A stretch of 63,520 nt of DNA, filler included, from Diploschistes diacapsis (lineage: Eukaryota): the NCBI GenBank assembly GCA_023645945.1. It is 20 parts of 20 records of this genome, joined end to end, with 100 filler letters (N's around TTAATTAATTAA, not from the genome) between each part and the next. Parts side by side here need not be neighbours in the genome. Positions count along the whole stretch, not along the records: positions 34,655 to 36,633 come from JALAIB010002461.1; positions 36,734 to 38,711 come from JALAIB010002462.1; positions 38,812 to 40,785 come from JALAIB010002463.1; positions 40,886 to 42,859 come from JALAIB010002464.1; positions 42,960 to 44,929 come from JALAIB010002465.1; positions 45,030 to 46,996 come from JALAIB010002466.1; positions 47,097 to 49,063 come from JALAIB010002467.1; 13 more parts are not named here. One strand, 5' to 3'. The position numbers and the translations under genes were made by a program. The notes below the pieces were generated by a model. It was not told the origin of the DNA. It ran no database searches and saw only the letters and a list, made by a program, of their open reading frames with translations. This document shows positions 35,485-47,541 of the stretch, in pieces. Numbering within the stretch: the stretch's first letter is position 1; each line of letters starts with the position of its first letter.

Positions 35485-36633
35485 TGTTGAGCAGACAGGC
35501 AGAAGGCATGGCTGGGAGTTTGACTGAGTTCCAGAGGGAGGTTCAGTTCAGCTGAACTCCGAGGTTCAGTTCAGCTGAACTCCGAGGTTCAGTTTAGCTG
35601 AACCTTTGGGAATTCCAACTAGACCGATAAGGAATAGTGTAAATAATAGGGCTTAGCGTATCCTACGAGAATAAAAATCTGTAAAATAGGATAATTTTTT
35701 AAAAAAGATTTCTAGACTTTAATATATCTATTACGTTATTAATTAGGTTATAAGCCCGGGTTAATACTTGTTTTATTACGTTTAATCGTTTATTAAAAGT
35801 ACGTTTTTCGGTAGTTGTTACGGTTACGAAAGCGGGTACCGATGACGTTTTTTAACGTAGGTTAAATCGAAGAGATTTAAAAGCCTAGGATCTGAATTAT
35901 AAGACCCTAAGGTGAATTGATTTAAAGATAGAAGTTATACTACTTTAAAAGAACGCAGGATTTTAATACGCTGGCCTAAGGTAGGTTTAAATAAGAAGTA
36001 ATTGGATCTAGATATCATTTATATAGGCTAACGAAAAACAATTTCCTTCTTTTCTCGATAATATCGAAGTTTAATTAAATTACGCTGAACCTTATCGATC
36101 ATTTGTTAACTATCGAAATCCAATCGAACCGCTATCTTCGCTATTAGACCCATTCGATCCTTTCGTTAATCATCGATTTTCAGCTGTATTATTGCTGAAC
36201 CTGCTCGATTACTTAACAATCATCGAAGTTCAGCTGAACCTTACTGAACCCCTCGATTACATTCATTTCTATTACAAAGGATTACCTTTTATATCATTTA
36301 CCAATCATTTTTTAATTACGAGTCATTCATTCAACAAATCTTCTTTATTTTACGAAAATAGCAACAAGATAGACGACATCTTATCTAAGAAACGGGTTGC
36401 CCCTATCCTAAAAAAAAGAACCAACAGCAATAATTCGAGCTCATACGCATATACCTTAAAAGTAAAGAGATAGACTACGTCCTTGATAATCAACTATTAA
36501 TATCGCTTATTGCAGACATCCCAAATAACTCGATATTATTTACCTTTACCGATTCAGATTTAGTTTTAAACAAAATATCTAAATAATAAAAGAAAGCGTA
36601 ATCTAAAGTAAACTACCAGATTATGATCTATAC
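35485..36633 (+). mobile_element. Ty1/Copia 5' LTR (35485-35745), PBS, leader and degenerate gag start
   Basis: TGTTGAGCAGACAGGCAG start; ~3x GAGGTTCAGTTCAGCTGAACTCC repeat; GGTTATAAGCCC PBS at 35746; gag-like KKRVAPILK block shared with ~46280. Confidence 0.8.
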
Positions 36634-36733
36634 NNNNNNNNNNNNNNNNNNNNNNNNNNNNNNNNNNNNNNNNNNNNTTAATTAATTAANNNNNNNNNNN
36701 NNNNNNNNNNNNNNNNNNNNNNNNNNNNNNNNN

Positions 36734-37319
36734 ATATTAAACTATTATTACATCGAACTACCGTTATATAGCCTCGTAACTTATCGTATTAAATTTATTA
36801 AACTCGATTTATCTTATCTAAATATTAATAATTTTAAGAAATCGTTTACGAAATCGCGATATTTAATATTTACCGATAGATTGAAGATTCGCGATTATAA
36901 CTTCTAAATTCGAACCGAATTGAATGCGTTCGCGTTGAATCTTTTCGGCCATGTTTATTATTAACGCAGGCGATATAGGAAAGCTAGTTTATATAAAACG
37001 TATAATTTATCGTATTAATATCTTTTCTTTTAAATTTAAAAGGATTTAAGTCGTTTCGTGGCTATTAAAGCATAATTAAATTTTATTAAATCGATCTATA
37101 ATGGTCGATCGAGATATTTTGAATACGCGGGCAGTCTTTCGAATGTTAATATATTGTTATATTTTTAGGGCCTATAAACAATCGTTGATATTAAATTTTA
37201 TTAGAATCGAATTATTGCGATGCGAGGTAGTCATTATTAAAAAAAATCGAGTTTAAGATAAAAACAGTGATTTAAGATGGCCGGACTCTGGGGGTGGCCG
37301 GACTCACCGTTAAACACGT
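36734..37319 (-). mobile_element. Pogo/Fot1 (Tc1-mariner) transposon left end with HTH of the transposase
   Basis: Minus-strand TIR ACGTGTTTAACGGTGAGTCCGGCCACCCCCAGAGTCCGGCC flanked by TA; degenerate NIRKTARVFKISRSTIIDR. Confidence 0.82.
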
Positions 37320-37385
37320 TATTTGATATTTAAATCTTATATTACTTATCGATATTAATATATTCGATTATTATATCTAATTTTA

Positions 37386-38430
37386 TGAGACAGCCCGGCC
37401 CAGGGGCCTGCCAAGCCCAAGTGCTTGCCAAGCCACGGCAGGGTCAATGCCCAGGTGCTTGCCAAGACACGGCAGGGTCAGGGGATGGCTGTGTAAACGG
37501 GTAGTCCCCGAACCCCGATAGTCTGGCACCTATACTATTTAACGGTGCCCTCCACCTACCTAAATAGTTTCTTCTTCAGCTTTTCGAATCGAGATCTTTT
37601 ATCTATAAATACCTAACTACACGTAATCCTTCCGGATCAGACCCAGCCCCCGATAATATAATATCCCATTTTTACGCTGGCGTTTTATATTCGAAAAACT
37701 CACTTTATTTTCTTACTCGTGACGAGAATTTAAAACGTCAACCGAACTAAATATTCGAGTGAGTTTATAATAACCGAACTCGAAAGTACTATCCGCTGAT
37801 TTATTATAAACAATAATTCCCGTTAATAAAAAGGATTAAAAAAAAAGAATTTATAACATGTCCGACTTTTAAAAAATCAATCGAGATCTTAACGATTAAA
37901 AAATACGATTTAAAAGACGAATCGATAGCTAAAAAATAATTCATAAAATATCCCGCGTTACGGCAGTTACTTATATTAAAAACTTTTAAAAGATTTAATA
38001 CCAACGAAAAACTAATACGGGGAAGATCTTAAAAAAGCTCTCGCGACGAATTTAAACGAAAAATATCTTCATTCAAAAACCCGATAAAAGAATAAATTAA
38101 GTCAAATAATATTACCGAAAACGTGATAAAACTATAATCGTAAAAACGAATAAAAGAGATCTATTACCGAACCGAAAAAAAATTAATAGAATTTATTAAT
38201 TTAATACGCACTTACGTGACAACGGTCGAAAAAATAAATCAACGAAACGAACGAAAGATCTAACGATCCTAATAATAATTCGAAAAACATTTAATTAAGA
38301 AAAACGAACTAAAATAATTATTAAATAAGAAACAAAAGACCCGGGCTCGTCTAATTAACGAAAACATCGATTTACGAATAATAATTAAAGAATTTCGGAA
38401 CCGACGAAAGTCCACGAATTTAATTATCGA
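37386..38430 (+). mobile_element. Gypsy 5' LTR family B (37386-37687) with leader and degenerate gag
   Basis: TGAGACAGCC...GCTGGCGTTTTA then TATTCGAAAAACT; downstream sequence matches 4171-4668 (reverse) and 52914-53197. Confidence 0.82.
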
Positions 38431-38434
38431 AATT

Positions 38435-38711
38435 TTTGGGCAACGCATGTATTGAAGTCTAGAATCTAGAGATCTAATTAGAAGGAATAGTCTGCATGTA
38501 AGCTCTTATACCAATAGGATCCATTAAACCCTATAGACATACACTATTTCCGATTAAGATTAACATGAACCCTAATAGGTTCAGCTGAACTGAACCTGAA
38601 CTTAAAATTTAATTAAACTTCTCAGCCATACATTCTACCTACCTATTTAATACTCCCCCACGGGCGGAACCATCGGCATATTTACTTAATTTAGTTAAAT
38701 ATCTTTTATAT
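38435..38711 (-). mobile_element. Ty1/Copia 3' LTR family C with PPT
   Basis: Near-identical to 5315-5600; PPT GTGGGGGAG on the minus strand. Confidence 0.75.
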
Positions 38712-38811
38712 NNNNNNNNNNNNNNNNNNNNNNNNNNNNNNNNNNNNNNNNNNNNTTAATTAATTAANNNNNNNNNNNNNNNNNNNNNNNNNNNNNNNNN
38801 NNNNNNNNNNN

Positions 38812-39928
38812 GGGTGGGGCGGTGGTGAGGATTCTGGCTGCGTGGGACTCGGTTGCCGAGGGAGAGGAGTTGGAGGCGGAGGTGCTGTGGAAGGTGAGGT
38901 CTGCGAGGACGTCCTTTTCTTGCGTGGCGGTCAGGTTCCAGAACACGGCGATGCCGTAGGTGAAGATGTACAGCTCCGCATAGGATAGGGGGTCGGGAGT
39001 GAGACGGGCGGTGGGGCTGATAGAACCGCTGATAGATTGGCCGCTTGCACGTGGTGATGGGTTTTGATCGGATTCAGCGGGCAGCGTTTCGCGGTGGTTG
39101 AGGCTCTCTGCGTCCTCGCCGCGGATGCTGAAGCGCTCGGCGTCTTCGAAGAAGCCTTCGTCGTAGTGCCGCTGCTCGCTGCGCTCGATGGCCTCATCGA
39201 GGATGGTTTTGCCGCCGGGATTTTTTGTGATGGGGCTGCTGCGGACTCGATAGCCGTTTGTTCCTGGAAGGAGAGGCAAGTGAAAGACGGCGTAGAGACA
39301 GTCGTCGTATAGTTTCGTTCGTGCTCCGTGATGGTCTTTCAGAAATGCGGCCGTTGCCTTCAGTTTGTAAGATTGTGCCGTACAGTAAGCGGTTACTCTG
39401 GGCAGCTTCTCCGCTCTCCTTGACTTCGGCAGTCTCTCAGCATAACTCTTGCCTCTGTGATGGCCGCTCTTCCTGATTGCTTCTTCGTCGTCCCTCTCGG
39501 GAGCAGCTGTATTGTCCTCATCAAAATCCTCCTTCTCTTCGATCTCGGCCTCCGTCTGTGTCGTCTCGGGAAGCAGTACAAGCTTCTCGCTGACTTTCGT
39601 ACTCCGCAGCGGTATATTCGGCTGCACCGTCCGTCCAGCTAACCTCGGCGCTGCTGGCCGTCCGGATTTTGTGCGCGGCATTTGCGGCCGTTGACTTGGG
39701 ACGCGCTGCTGCGCTGAAGGTATGTCTGATGCATATTGAAGCACGCTATCTACAGTGATAAAGCGCGAACCTTGACGGCGGAGGAGGTCGGCAGGCCGGT
39801 TTGGGGGAGCCTGTGGGCGCTGCTGCTCTCGTGCATCGGTGACCTGAAATCGTGAGACTTGCATTCTAAATAATGAGTTGAATATGTACCAAGACAGTAG
39901 GTCCGCGCTTGTTTGTAGTGATGGACAT
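38812..39928 (-). CDS. RMD8: RMD1/RMD8 family (DUF155) protein, 5' part (exon 39928-39890, intron 39889-39844, exon 39843 to contig edge)
   Basis: MSITTNKRGPTVL|VTDARE; RVTAYCTAQSYKL, KLYDDCLY, YIFTYGIAVFWNLT..QEKDVLADL; truncated by the gap. Confidence 0.85.
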
Positions 39929-40700
39929 GGTAAGTGTTCCGCTTTTCCAACGCTCGGATCAAACAATATCACACCGGGAAAGAGCGGTTGCGCTGGGCTA
40001 TCGTTGTTGCATTATGTTGCCGAGCAGATTGTATTCAAGGAAGGATGTAAGCAGTCCTCGATCAAGGCTTGGGGTATTTTTTCGCATACGAATAAGACTA
40101 TCACACCGAGGAGGCAAAGGTTCTGGAAAGGATCCCCGGGCCTTAAAGATTCGAGCATGGAGATGTTAGAGGGACACTGTAGAGGGAGGTCAGCTTGGAA
40201 AGGCCCCTTTAAAACTATGCTGCTACCGCCTGCGGGACGCTCAAGTGCCGATAATTTCGCTTTATTGACTCATCCTACAATTGCTCGAAACAGATTTGGT
40301 ATGTCAATCGAGCGCGATACTGGATATAGTATCTATATTCGTGTTGCGTTGTTACAATTGCGTGTCATGAAACTTTATCAGTAGGTAACATAGCCTGGAG
40401 CTGCCACGACTTCACAGAAACAACTTGAAGAAACAAGATCAGAGCACAATGACGAGCAATTTCTTGGTATTTCATCAGTTTCGTACCGCTAGAACGGCTC
40501 TTGAGGAGAACTTTCAGCAACTCTCTATTACCGTACCTCTGTAGAACTGTACAGGGGTATGTCCCTCAACCAGAGTAGCTTCGGTCAACGAGGAATTGGT
40601 TTTAGTACCACGCACTTTGAAGTTGAGCGTGCTGTCCACCAATAAATTGTCGCTGATGAAGCGCGTCTTATTTATATTCCTGATGGCTCACTCGCAGTCC

Positions 40701-40785
40701 CTGTAGTAAATATTTAGTTATTCGAATATAAAAGCCAATATTTGTATCTCAATATGAATATTGACAAAATATTTATATTCGAATA
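40701..40785 (+). mobile_element. Terminus of an ATATTCGA-repeat DNA element (MITE-like)
   Basis: CTGTAGTAAATATTTAGTTATTCGAATATA closely resembles the reverse complement of 43386-43418. Confidence 0.55.
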
Positions 40786-40885
40786 NNNNNNNNNNNNNNN
40801 NNNNNNNNNNNNNNNNNNNNNNNNNNNNNTTAATTAATTAANNNNNNNNNNNNNNNNNNNNNNNNNNNNNNNNNNNNNNNNNNNN

Positions 40886-42200
40886 TTATTATGTAATACG
40901 CGAATCCGATAATTTTCGATCGTGATTATTATTTCCGGATAAGTAACCGAATATATGATATCTTATAAGTGTAAGTTTATTATGTCGGCCAACTGTTTCG
41001 AATTAATAGTATACGTGTTAAATTATCTGACGGATAGGTTATGCGTAGAATAAATAAACTTCTCCGGTTCTGGATTTTCTGCGCGAGTATTTTCTTCGAT
41101 CGTATGATTCTTTAACTCTTCTTAAAGTAAACGCATGATTCCTGTCTGAAAGGCCTCTTTCAAAATAATTTTGATTTTAGTCCTTTTAGTAATCTTAAGA
41201 GCCTATTCTCTTAGTAAATTAGTGGCTGCTTTTCCTGAGATCTTTAGCTTTCGGACGGCGGGAACGCGGGGACGATTTATCAAAATCCTTCTCGGTATAT
41301 TTCCGTTAGGTGGAATTATTTGTACTTCCCGACCTATTTCTTTAGATTCCTCGATATCTTTTATAATGGTTTTTTGTATATCCGGTTCTCGTCTTTTCGT
41401 ATTATTAGATATAATAGGTTATGGAATGACAGTAGTAGGCCGTATATACCTTCCTTTTCTAGCGTTTTTATTTTATAAGAGCCGTTGTTCTTCGATCGTT
41501 TTTTCTTTTAGTATCTTACGTCGTTCGTTAAATTTCGGATTTAAAAGGTTTTTTCATTTAGGTACATTTTTCTGCTATTTAGTAGGGCGTTCTTTAGTTG
41601 CTGTATTGGTTTTATATATATTATATATATCTTGATAATTAGCCTCGTATAACTGAATAAAAAAGCGTTCTATCATCTCTTCGTTATTTTCTTCTTTCTC
41701 GAAATCTTTAGGCCCAAATCCAGCATTAATTACATTACACGCCGGCATCTGGTATAAGGACCTAGTCTGGACCTGCTGTGGAGGACGAGGGTTCGAAGGG
41801 GTTTTGTTTCTATAAGTCTTTTTTTAATTGTTAATCTGGAATATAAATTTTTTTATTATTATGTCCTGTTTATAAAAATTAGCCTGTTGTGCTTATGAGT
41901 GATTATTCGGATTAACGAAGATCTTGTTTTCTTATATATAGATGTCCCTATTCTGGAAAAGCGGCTATAATAATGGATAGCGTATTCTGTAATAACTATC
42001 TTTTTGGTAGAAGTAACAGGTTATAGGGCCTCAATTAAACAAAGCATCCTAGGGTTATCTATTCTAATTGGGTTGAACTGGAGGAGGACGAGTTGTTTAA
42101 AGCTGATAAGGCCTAACGGGTGCTAAATAAAACGCGTTAAGAACAGAGGGCCGATATAAATCGGTAATAACGGGCGTATGATTGATTTACGCGCCTAGAA
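40886..42200 (-). mobile_element. RIP-degraded Gypsy gag (zinc knuckle) and protease region
   Basis: Homologous to 33866-34554; degenerate GPITCYFYQKDSYY knuckle-like stretch near 42020. Confidence 0.65.
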
Positions 42201-42202
42201 TC

Positions 42203-42445
42203 TGTTATGATTTCTATCTATATAAGGTATACACGAGTAGGATCAAGGTGGGTTTAGTCTCTGTTAGAAGAGGAGTGTGGTAGGAAAAAAAGATAGAGTA
42301 ATTATAGATCTTAGATTATTTCTAAAAAGAAGGTTCTTTAATGATAAAGATAACGAATATAGATTAATCCCGAGTAATAATTAGGAATATTTATAAAAGT
42401 AAATACGCTTTAGATTTATAAAGGCCATGACGACGTTTTTATATA
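42203..42445 (-). mobile_element. LTR family A, interrupted by a Pogo insertion
   Basis: TGTTATGATTTCTATC...GGATCAAGGTGGG is the reverse complement of the family A 3' end. Confidence 0.82.
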
Positions 42446-42859
42446 ACGTGTTTCACGGGGATTCCGGCCACCCCTAGATTCCGGCCACCTCAAATCACTA
42501 CCGTTAACATTCTACGGTTTTTAAATATAACCTATTCGTTATAATCAGAATCTAATCGATCTAAATCGAATTTATCTTTCTCCTCTTTATCTTCTTCGAT
42601 TTCAGAAACGCGACGACGTTTTTTACGCGTTATAAATCGTTTCGAAATTGTCCGATTTAATTTAATTCGAATTATTATTTTAAGAACTTCGTTTATATTA
42701 AACATAAAACGATCTTCTAATTCGATTCGTTTATTTAATTTACGTTTCTTATGATTATTAAAAAGCGTTTTTTATTTTCGGTTTTCTTTACGAAGCGTTA
42801 TAAACTCAATATACGTTAATTTAAATATACGGGTTATTTAACTCGAATAACGTCGAATC
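42446..42859 (-). mobile_element. Pogo/Fot1 transposon end inserted at TA
   Basis: TA|ACGTGTTTCACGGGGATTCCGGCCACCCCTAGATTCCGGCCACC, same TIR type as 37319. Confidence 0.8.
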
Positions 42860-42959
42860 NNNNNNNNNNNNNNNNNNNNNNNNNNNNNNNNNNNNNNNNN
42901 NNNTTAATTAATTAANNNNNNNNNNNNNNNNNNNNNNNNNNNNNNNNNNNNNNNNNNNN

Positions 42960-43282
42960 AAATAACGTAATCGGTACTCGCGTTCGTAATCGTAATAACT
43001 ATCGAGAAACGTAATTTTAATAAACGATTAAACGTAATAAAGTAAATATTATATCGGGTTTATAATCTATTTAGTAACGTAATGGATATATTGAAATTTA
43101 GAAATTTGTTTAAGAGGTTATTTTATTTTATAGATTTTTATCCTTATAAGATACGCTAAGCCTTATTATTTATACTATTCCTAAACCGGTCTAGTTGGGA
43201 TTCCAGGAGGTTCAGCTGAACTGAACCTCCCTCTGGAACTTAGTTAGACTCCCAGCCATGCCTTCTGCCTGTCTGCTCAACA
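42960..43282 (-). mobile_element. Ty1/Copia 5' LTR family C (43068-43282) and PBS
   Basis: Reverse complement of TGTTGAGCAGACAGGCAGAAGGCATGGCTGGGAG; PBS-like GATTATAAACCC at 43067-43056. Confidence 0.8.
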
Positions 43283-45029
43283 ATTCCGAGAATTCAAATT
43301 ATATTCGATTATATTCAAAATATATTCGAATATAAAATTTAATATTCATATTCGAATAGAGATAATGATATTCTTATTGAAATATTATATTCGAATAACT
43401 GAATAATTTTAACTACAGAGCTAGCAGTTCTCAGGGGCACTCGCTTGCGGCGTGATTGATCTTTTTATGCTCAAACAGGCATATCCGTAGGGAACCTTCT
43501 GTTTGAAAGAATTCCAGCCTTTAGCCCCGACAATGCTGAAAACAGGATATCGCACCAAAGTGTCAAATAGGCATGCTTCGTATTCCATGCATCCAAGAGG
43601 TGATAGTTTCACATAGTCAGGAAGCTTCCGCTAAGTTTCCGGCCATCTATAGTCCGGCTTCATTGATATGTTCATACTTTCCGTTTGCAATGATCTTAAC
43701 TGTTGCTTGACTGATGCTCGTTGTCGGTCATGTGAAGATCCTTAATAGGAGAAGTAAATATACACTCAAGGTTAGCAGCATTCTGAGGTCTTCGAAAGTA
43801 TAGAATAGAGGCCACTTTACCTTGAAGAAAAAAAAGGTGAAGCGCCGTCCCACAACAGAGTAATCAGAATCGAATTGTACCAGCACTTGCAGAACAAGAG
43901 CTTAGCACGCTGCGTATTGCACTGAAGTGTTGCCTCTGTCGAGGCCACAATCTCCGCAACGGCTCTCCCATAGGATTAGCTCGTTGGCAAGACTAAAACA
44001 CTGACCGAAGCCAAAGCTCATCGACAGGCCAAGAGGAGCATCCTGCTTTTCTGATGCCAATTGCGAGCGCTTTCGCGCTGGGCCCTTACGGACAGACAGC
44101 ACCAACCGAAGATGGGCTGTGTTTTGGAGATTACTCCGAATTTCTCATTTGCTTTATGTCAGACCCTCGATGGGGGAGTATATGCTTGGAGCACGTACTT
44201 GTTTGTGAGCAAAGAAACGCAGCGTTGAAGGGGACGGCGCTTGAAGAAGGAAGGGAAAGGGAAATAGGGAGTGGGAAATAAAAAATAGACGATGGGTGGG
44301 GGAGCTCTTTGTTCTGCCACCCAGGCGGTGAGATTGCGGAAGAACTTTGCCCCATCGGTATCCATTATGTTGCAATCCGTCAAAGAAGTTTATAGGCATT
44401 AAAGATGAGAGAAATTATTGCTTTCCCTCGCTACTCTGCTATAATATTCTTAGGCCTCTCTCATACGGAACCACTTATAAGAGTCCATGTGCCTTCTATT
44501 CTAGCATTTACATATTCTTTTTCGCCCTTTATATCTTCTCCTGGCGGGTCGTACGATATAATACGATGGAATACCAGCTCCTGTCAAATCACGTGCAAGG
44601 CAGAAGAAAAACCGATCCTCTCATACATACAGCCCCAGGTGCCCTATTGCGATGGCTCTTCTGCGCATGGTATTTTCAAGTTCGCGCATTGTACTTTGTA
44701 TCTATACATTTAGTCAAAGCTCAGCGTGAACGGAATTTCTCCGTGGGTGCTTGGCCACACGAATGTTGAATGTTGAATGTTGAATGTTGTATCTGGGGAC
44801 AGTCGGTGTCGGTGTCAGTATCATTGGCCGCTTGGACATTGAGCGGTCAGACTGAGAGGGCGTTCACATGCATGATAGATTTTAGAGATAGATAGAGTGG
44901 TACATTTAGGTTATTGACCACCCAAGGTGNNNNNNNNNNNNNNNNNNNNNNNNNNNNNNNNNNNNNNNNNNNNTTAATTAATTAANNNNNNNNNNNNNNN
45001 NNNNNNNNNNNNNNNNNNNNNNNNNNNNN

Positions 45030-46996
45030 TTAGAAATAAATCTTTCCGGTAGTTAAAACGATTATAAACGCGGGATCGAATACTTTAGTTTAGAAAAGGC
45101 CTAAATCGAAAAAATTCGAAAATTTAGGGTCTAAATTATAAAACTTCAAAAGAAATAGATTCAAAGATAGAAATTATATCATTTTAAAAGAACGCGGGTC
45201 TTTATTACGCTGGCCAAGAATGGGCCTAAATAAGAAATACTTGGATCTAGATTCGTCTATATAGATCCAAAAAAAACTTCCGACCTCCTTTAAATTTACG
45301 CTAAATCCTTTCGATCATTTTGATAACCTTCGATACCTAATAAAGCCGTTATTTTCTCTATTGAATTTAATCGAATTTCTTATTAATCCTTAAAATCTAG
45401 TGAAATCGTTATTTTCGCTATTGGGCCCTTTCGACCTTATCCATTATCGAGAATCAGTTAAATCACGTTAAATTATCTCGATATTTCCGATAATGATCGA
45501 CATTTAGTTAAATTACGCTGAACCTTCTCGATCATTTCGTTAATTTTCGACATCTAACAGTACCGTTACTTATATTATTGAAAATAATCGAATTCTTCGT
45601 TAATCATCGAAATTTAGTTAAACTTACGTTAAACCTTATCGATCATCTCGATAACGATCGATATCTAATTTTATCATTATTAAACCGATTCGATTTCTCG
45701 TTAATCTTCGATATCTAATAGAATCACTATTTACGCTATTAAATCTAATCGAGAATTTCGTTAACTATCGAAATTCAACTAAATTCTTATTAAACTTAAC
45801 CGACATTTATTAACTATCGATACCCAATTAAATCTGTTCTTAGACCGACTCGATATTCTCCGACAACCTTCAATATCTAATAGGATCGTTACTTACGCTA
45901 CTAAATCTAATCGAATCTCTTATCAATTATCGAAATTCAATTAAACTATTATTAAACCGCTTCGATACCGATAATAATCGATATCTAATTTTACCGCCGT
46001 TGGACCGATTCGATCTTTCAACAATCATCAATATTCAGCGTCTTGCCGCTAAATCATCTCGATATCTTCGATAATCACCGAAATTCAACCGAATTATTTC
46101 TAAACCCACTCGACCACTCGTCAATCATCGAAGTTCAATTAAGCCGTTACTAAACTCAATCGATTACTTTCGTTTCTATTACAAAAAATTACCTTTTATA
46201 CTATTATTAAAATATTAATTATTAATTATTTATTTATCTTTAAAAACAGTAACAATATAGATAACAAGTTATACAAGAAACGGATTACTTCTATCCTAAA
46301 AAAGAAAAATTAACAGGAATAATTCGAACATATAACTTAAAAGTAAAAAGATAAACTACGTCCTTAACAATCAGCCACCGTTGCCTACTACAGTCACCCT
46401 AGATAACTCCATATCATCTATCTTTACCGGTTCAGGTTCAGTTTTTGAACAAAACACCTAAACAATAAAAGAAAGATCAATTAAAAGCAAATTATCAAAT
46501 TATAATCTATACGGGAAAGATCGATCAAGAACGTTTTCGTAATTTATCTACTACGAAAGCTAGATAAGATTCTCTATAGGCAAAGTATTAGGCGATTATT
46601 AAACCTGAACGTCGATATCTAAGCCTTAAATTCGTTAATTATAGATTCAAAAAAGGCACGACGATTCAGAAAGCATGGACACATTTGATTAAACTTTCGA
46701 AGAAATTATCGTATAAACGAACAAAACAGGCTTTAAAAGTTTTCTTTTAAGATTACTTATAATATTATCGCTTAATTACATAATCATTATCGACGCTATC
46801 GATACGTAAATTAATAATGTTTTATCCGTTAATATCGATTACGATAAATGGTTTAACAGATTATCCGATAAATAGAAGAAATTAATAGAAGAGATTACAG
46901 CATATTCCTTTCGTCAGAGGTCATTTCGTATATCAAGGACGATCTGACGAAAAGCGACACCGTCGTTTCGGCCCAAGAAGCTTATTTAAAGGATGT
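45030..46996 (+). mobile_element. Ty1/Copia leader with long degenerate tandem array, then degenerate gag
   Basis: 45030-45290 matches 35800-36050; 46170-46520 matches 36260-36633. Confidence 0.75.
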
Positions 46997-47096
46997 NNNN
47001 NNNNNNNNNNNNNNNNNNNNNNNNNNNNNNNNNNNNNNNNTTAATTAATTAANNNNNNNNNNNNNNNNNNNNNNNNNNNNNNNNNNNNNNNNNNNN

Positions 47097-47541
47097 ATAT
47101 AAGATATATACGAGTAAAATTAAGGTGAGTTTGATCTCTGTTAAAAAAGGAGTATAATAGGAAAAAAAGATAAAATAATTACAGATCTTAAACTATCTTT
47201 AGAAAAAAAGCTTTCTAACGATAGAAATAACGAATATAAATTGATCCCGAATAATAATTAAGGATGTTTATAAAAATAAATATACCGAACAAAGGCATGT
47301 TCAAAAGAAAGATTATATATCCAAATCTCCCATAAAGCACCAGCGTTAATTCCCCGTGTTCTAACAGAACGAAGAAAGCGCCGGCGACGGCTGCTATAGA
47401 ACAGAAGGAACGCCGCCTACCGCTCCTACAGAACGCACGGAGCGGCGCTGCTCGCTCCAACAACTCACGTGACCCGAACGTCAGTGAGTGTTTCCTAGTG
47501 AGTGGCTGGGACGTGACAGGTCAGTAGCCTGGATCGTAACA
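47097..47541 (-). mobile_element. LTR family A variant
   Basis: Ends GGATCGTAACA (reverse of TGTTACGATCC); conserved 3' block; GC-rich central part shared with 52143-52605. Confidence 0.8.

Noticed and set aside
43420..44929. Possible gene in the non-repetitive part of this contig
   Set aside because: Some splice-like signals but no recognisable protein; only a (GAATGTT)4 microsatellite at 44761-44788.
45290..46165. CRISPR-like array
   Set aside because: Units are degenerate tandem repeats without unique spacers, inside a Copia leader in a eukaryote; no cas genes.
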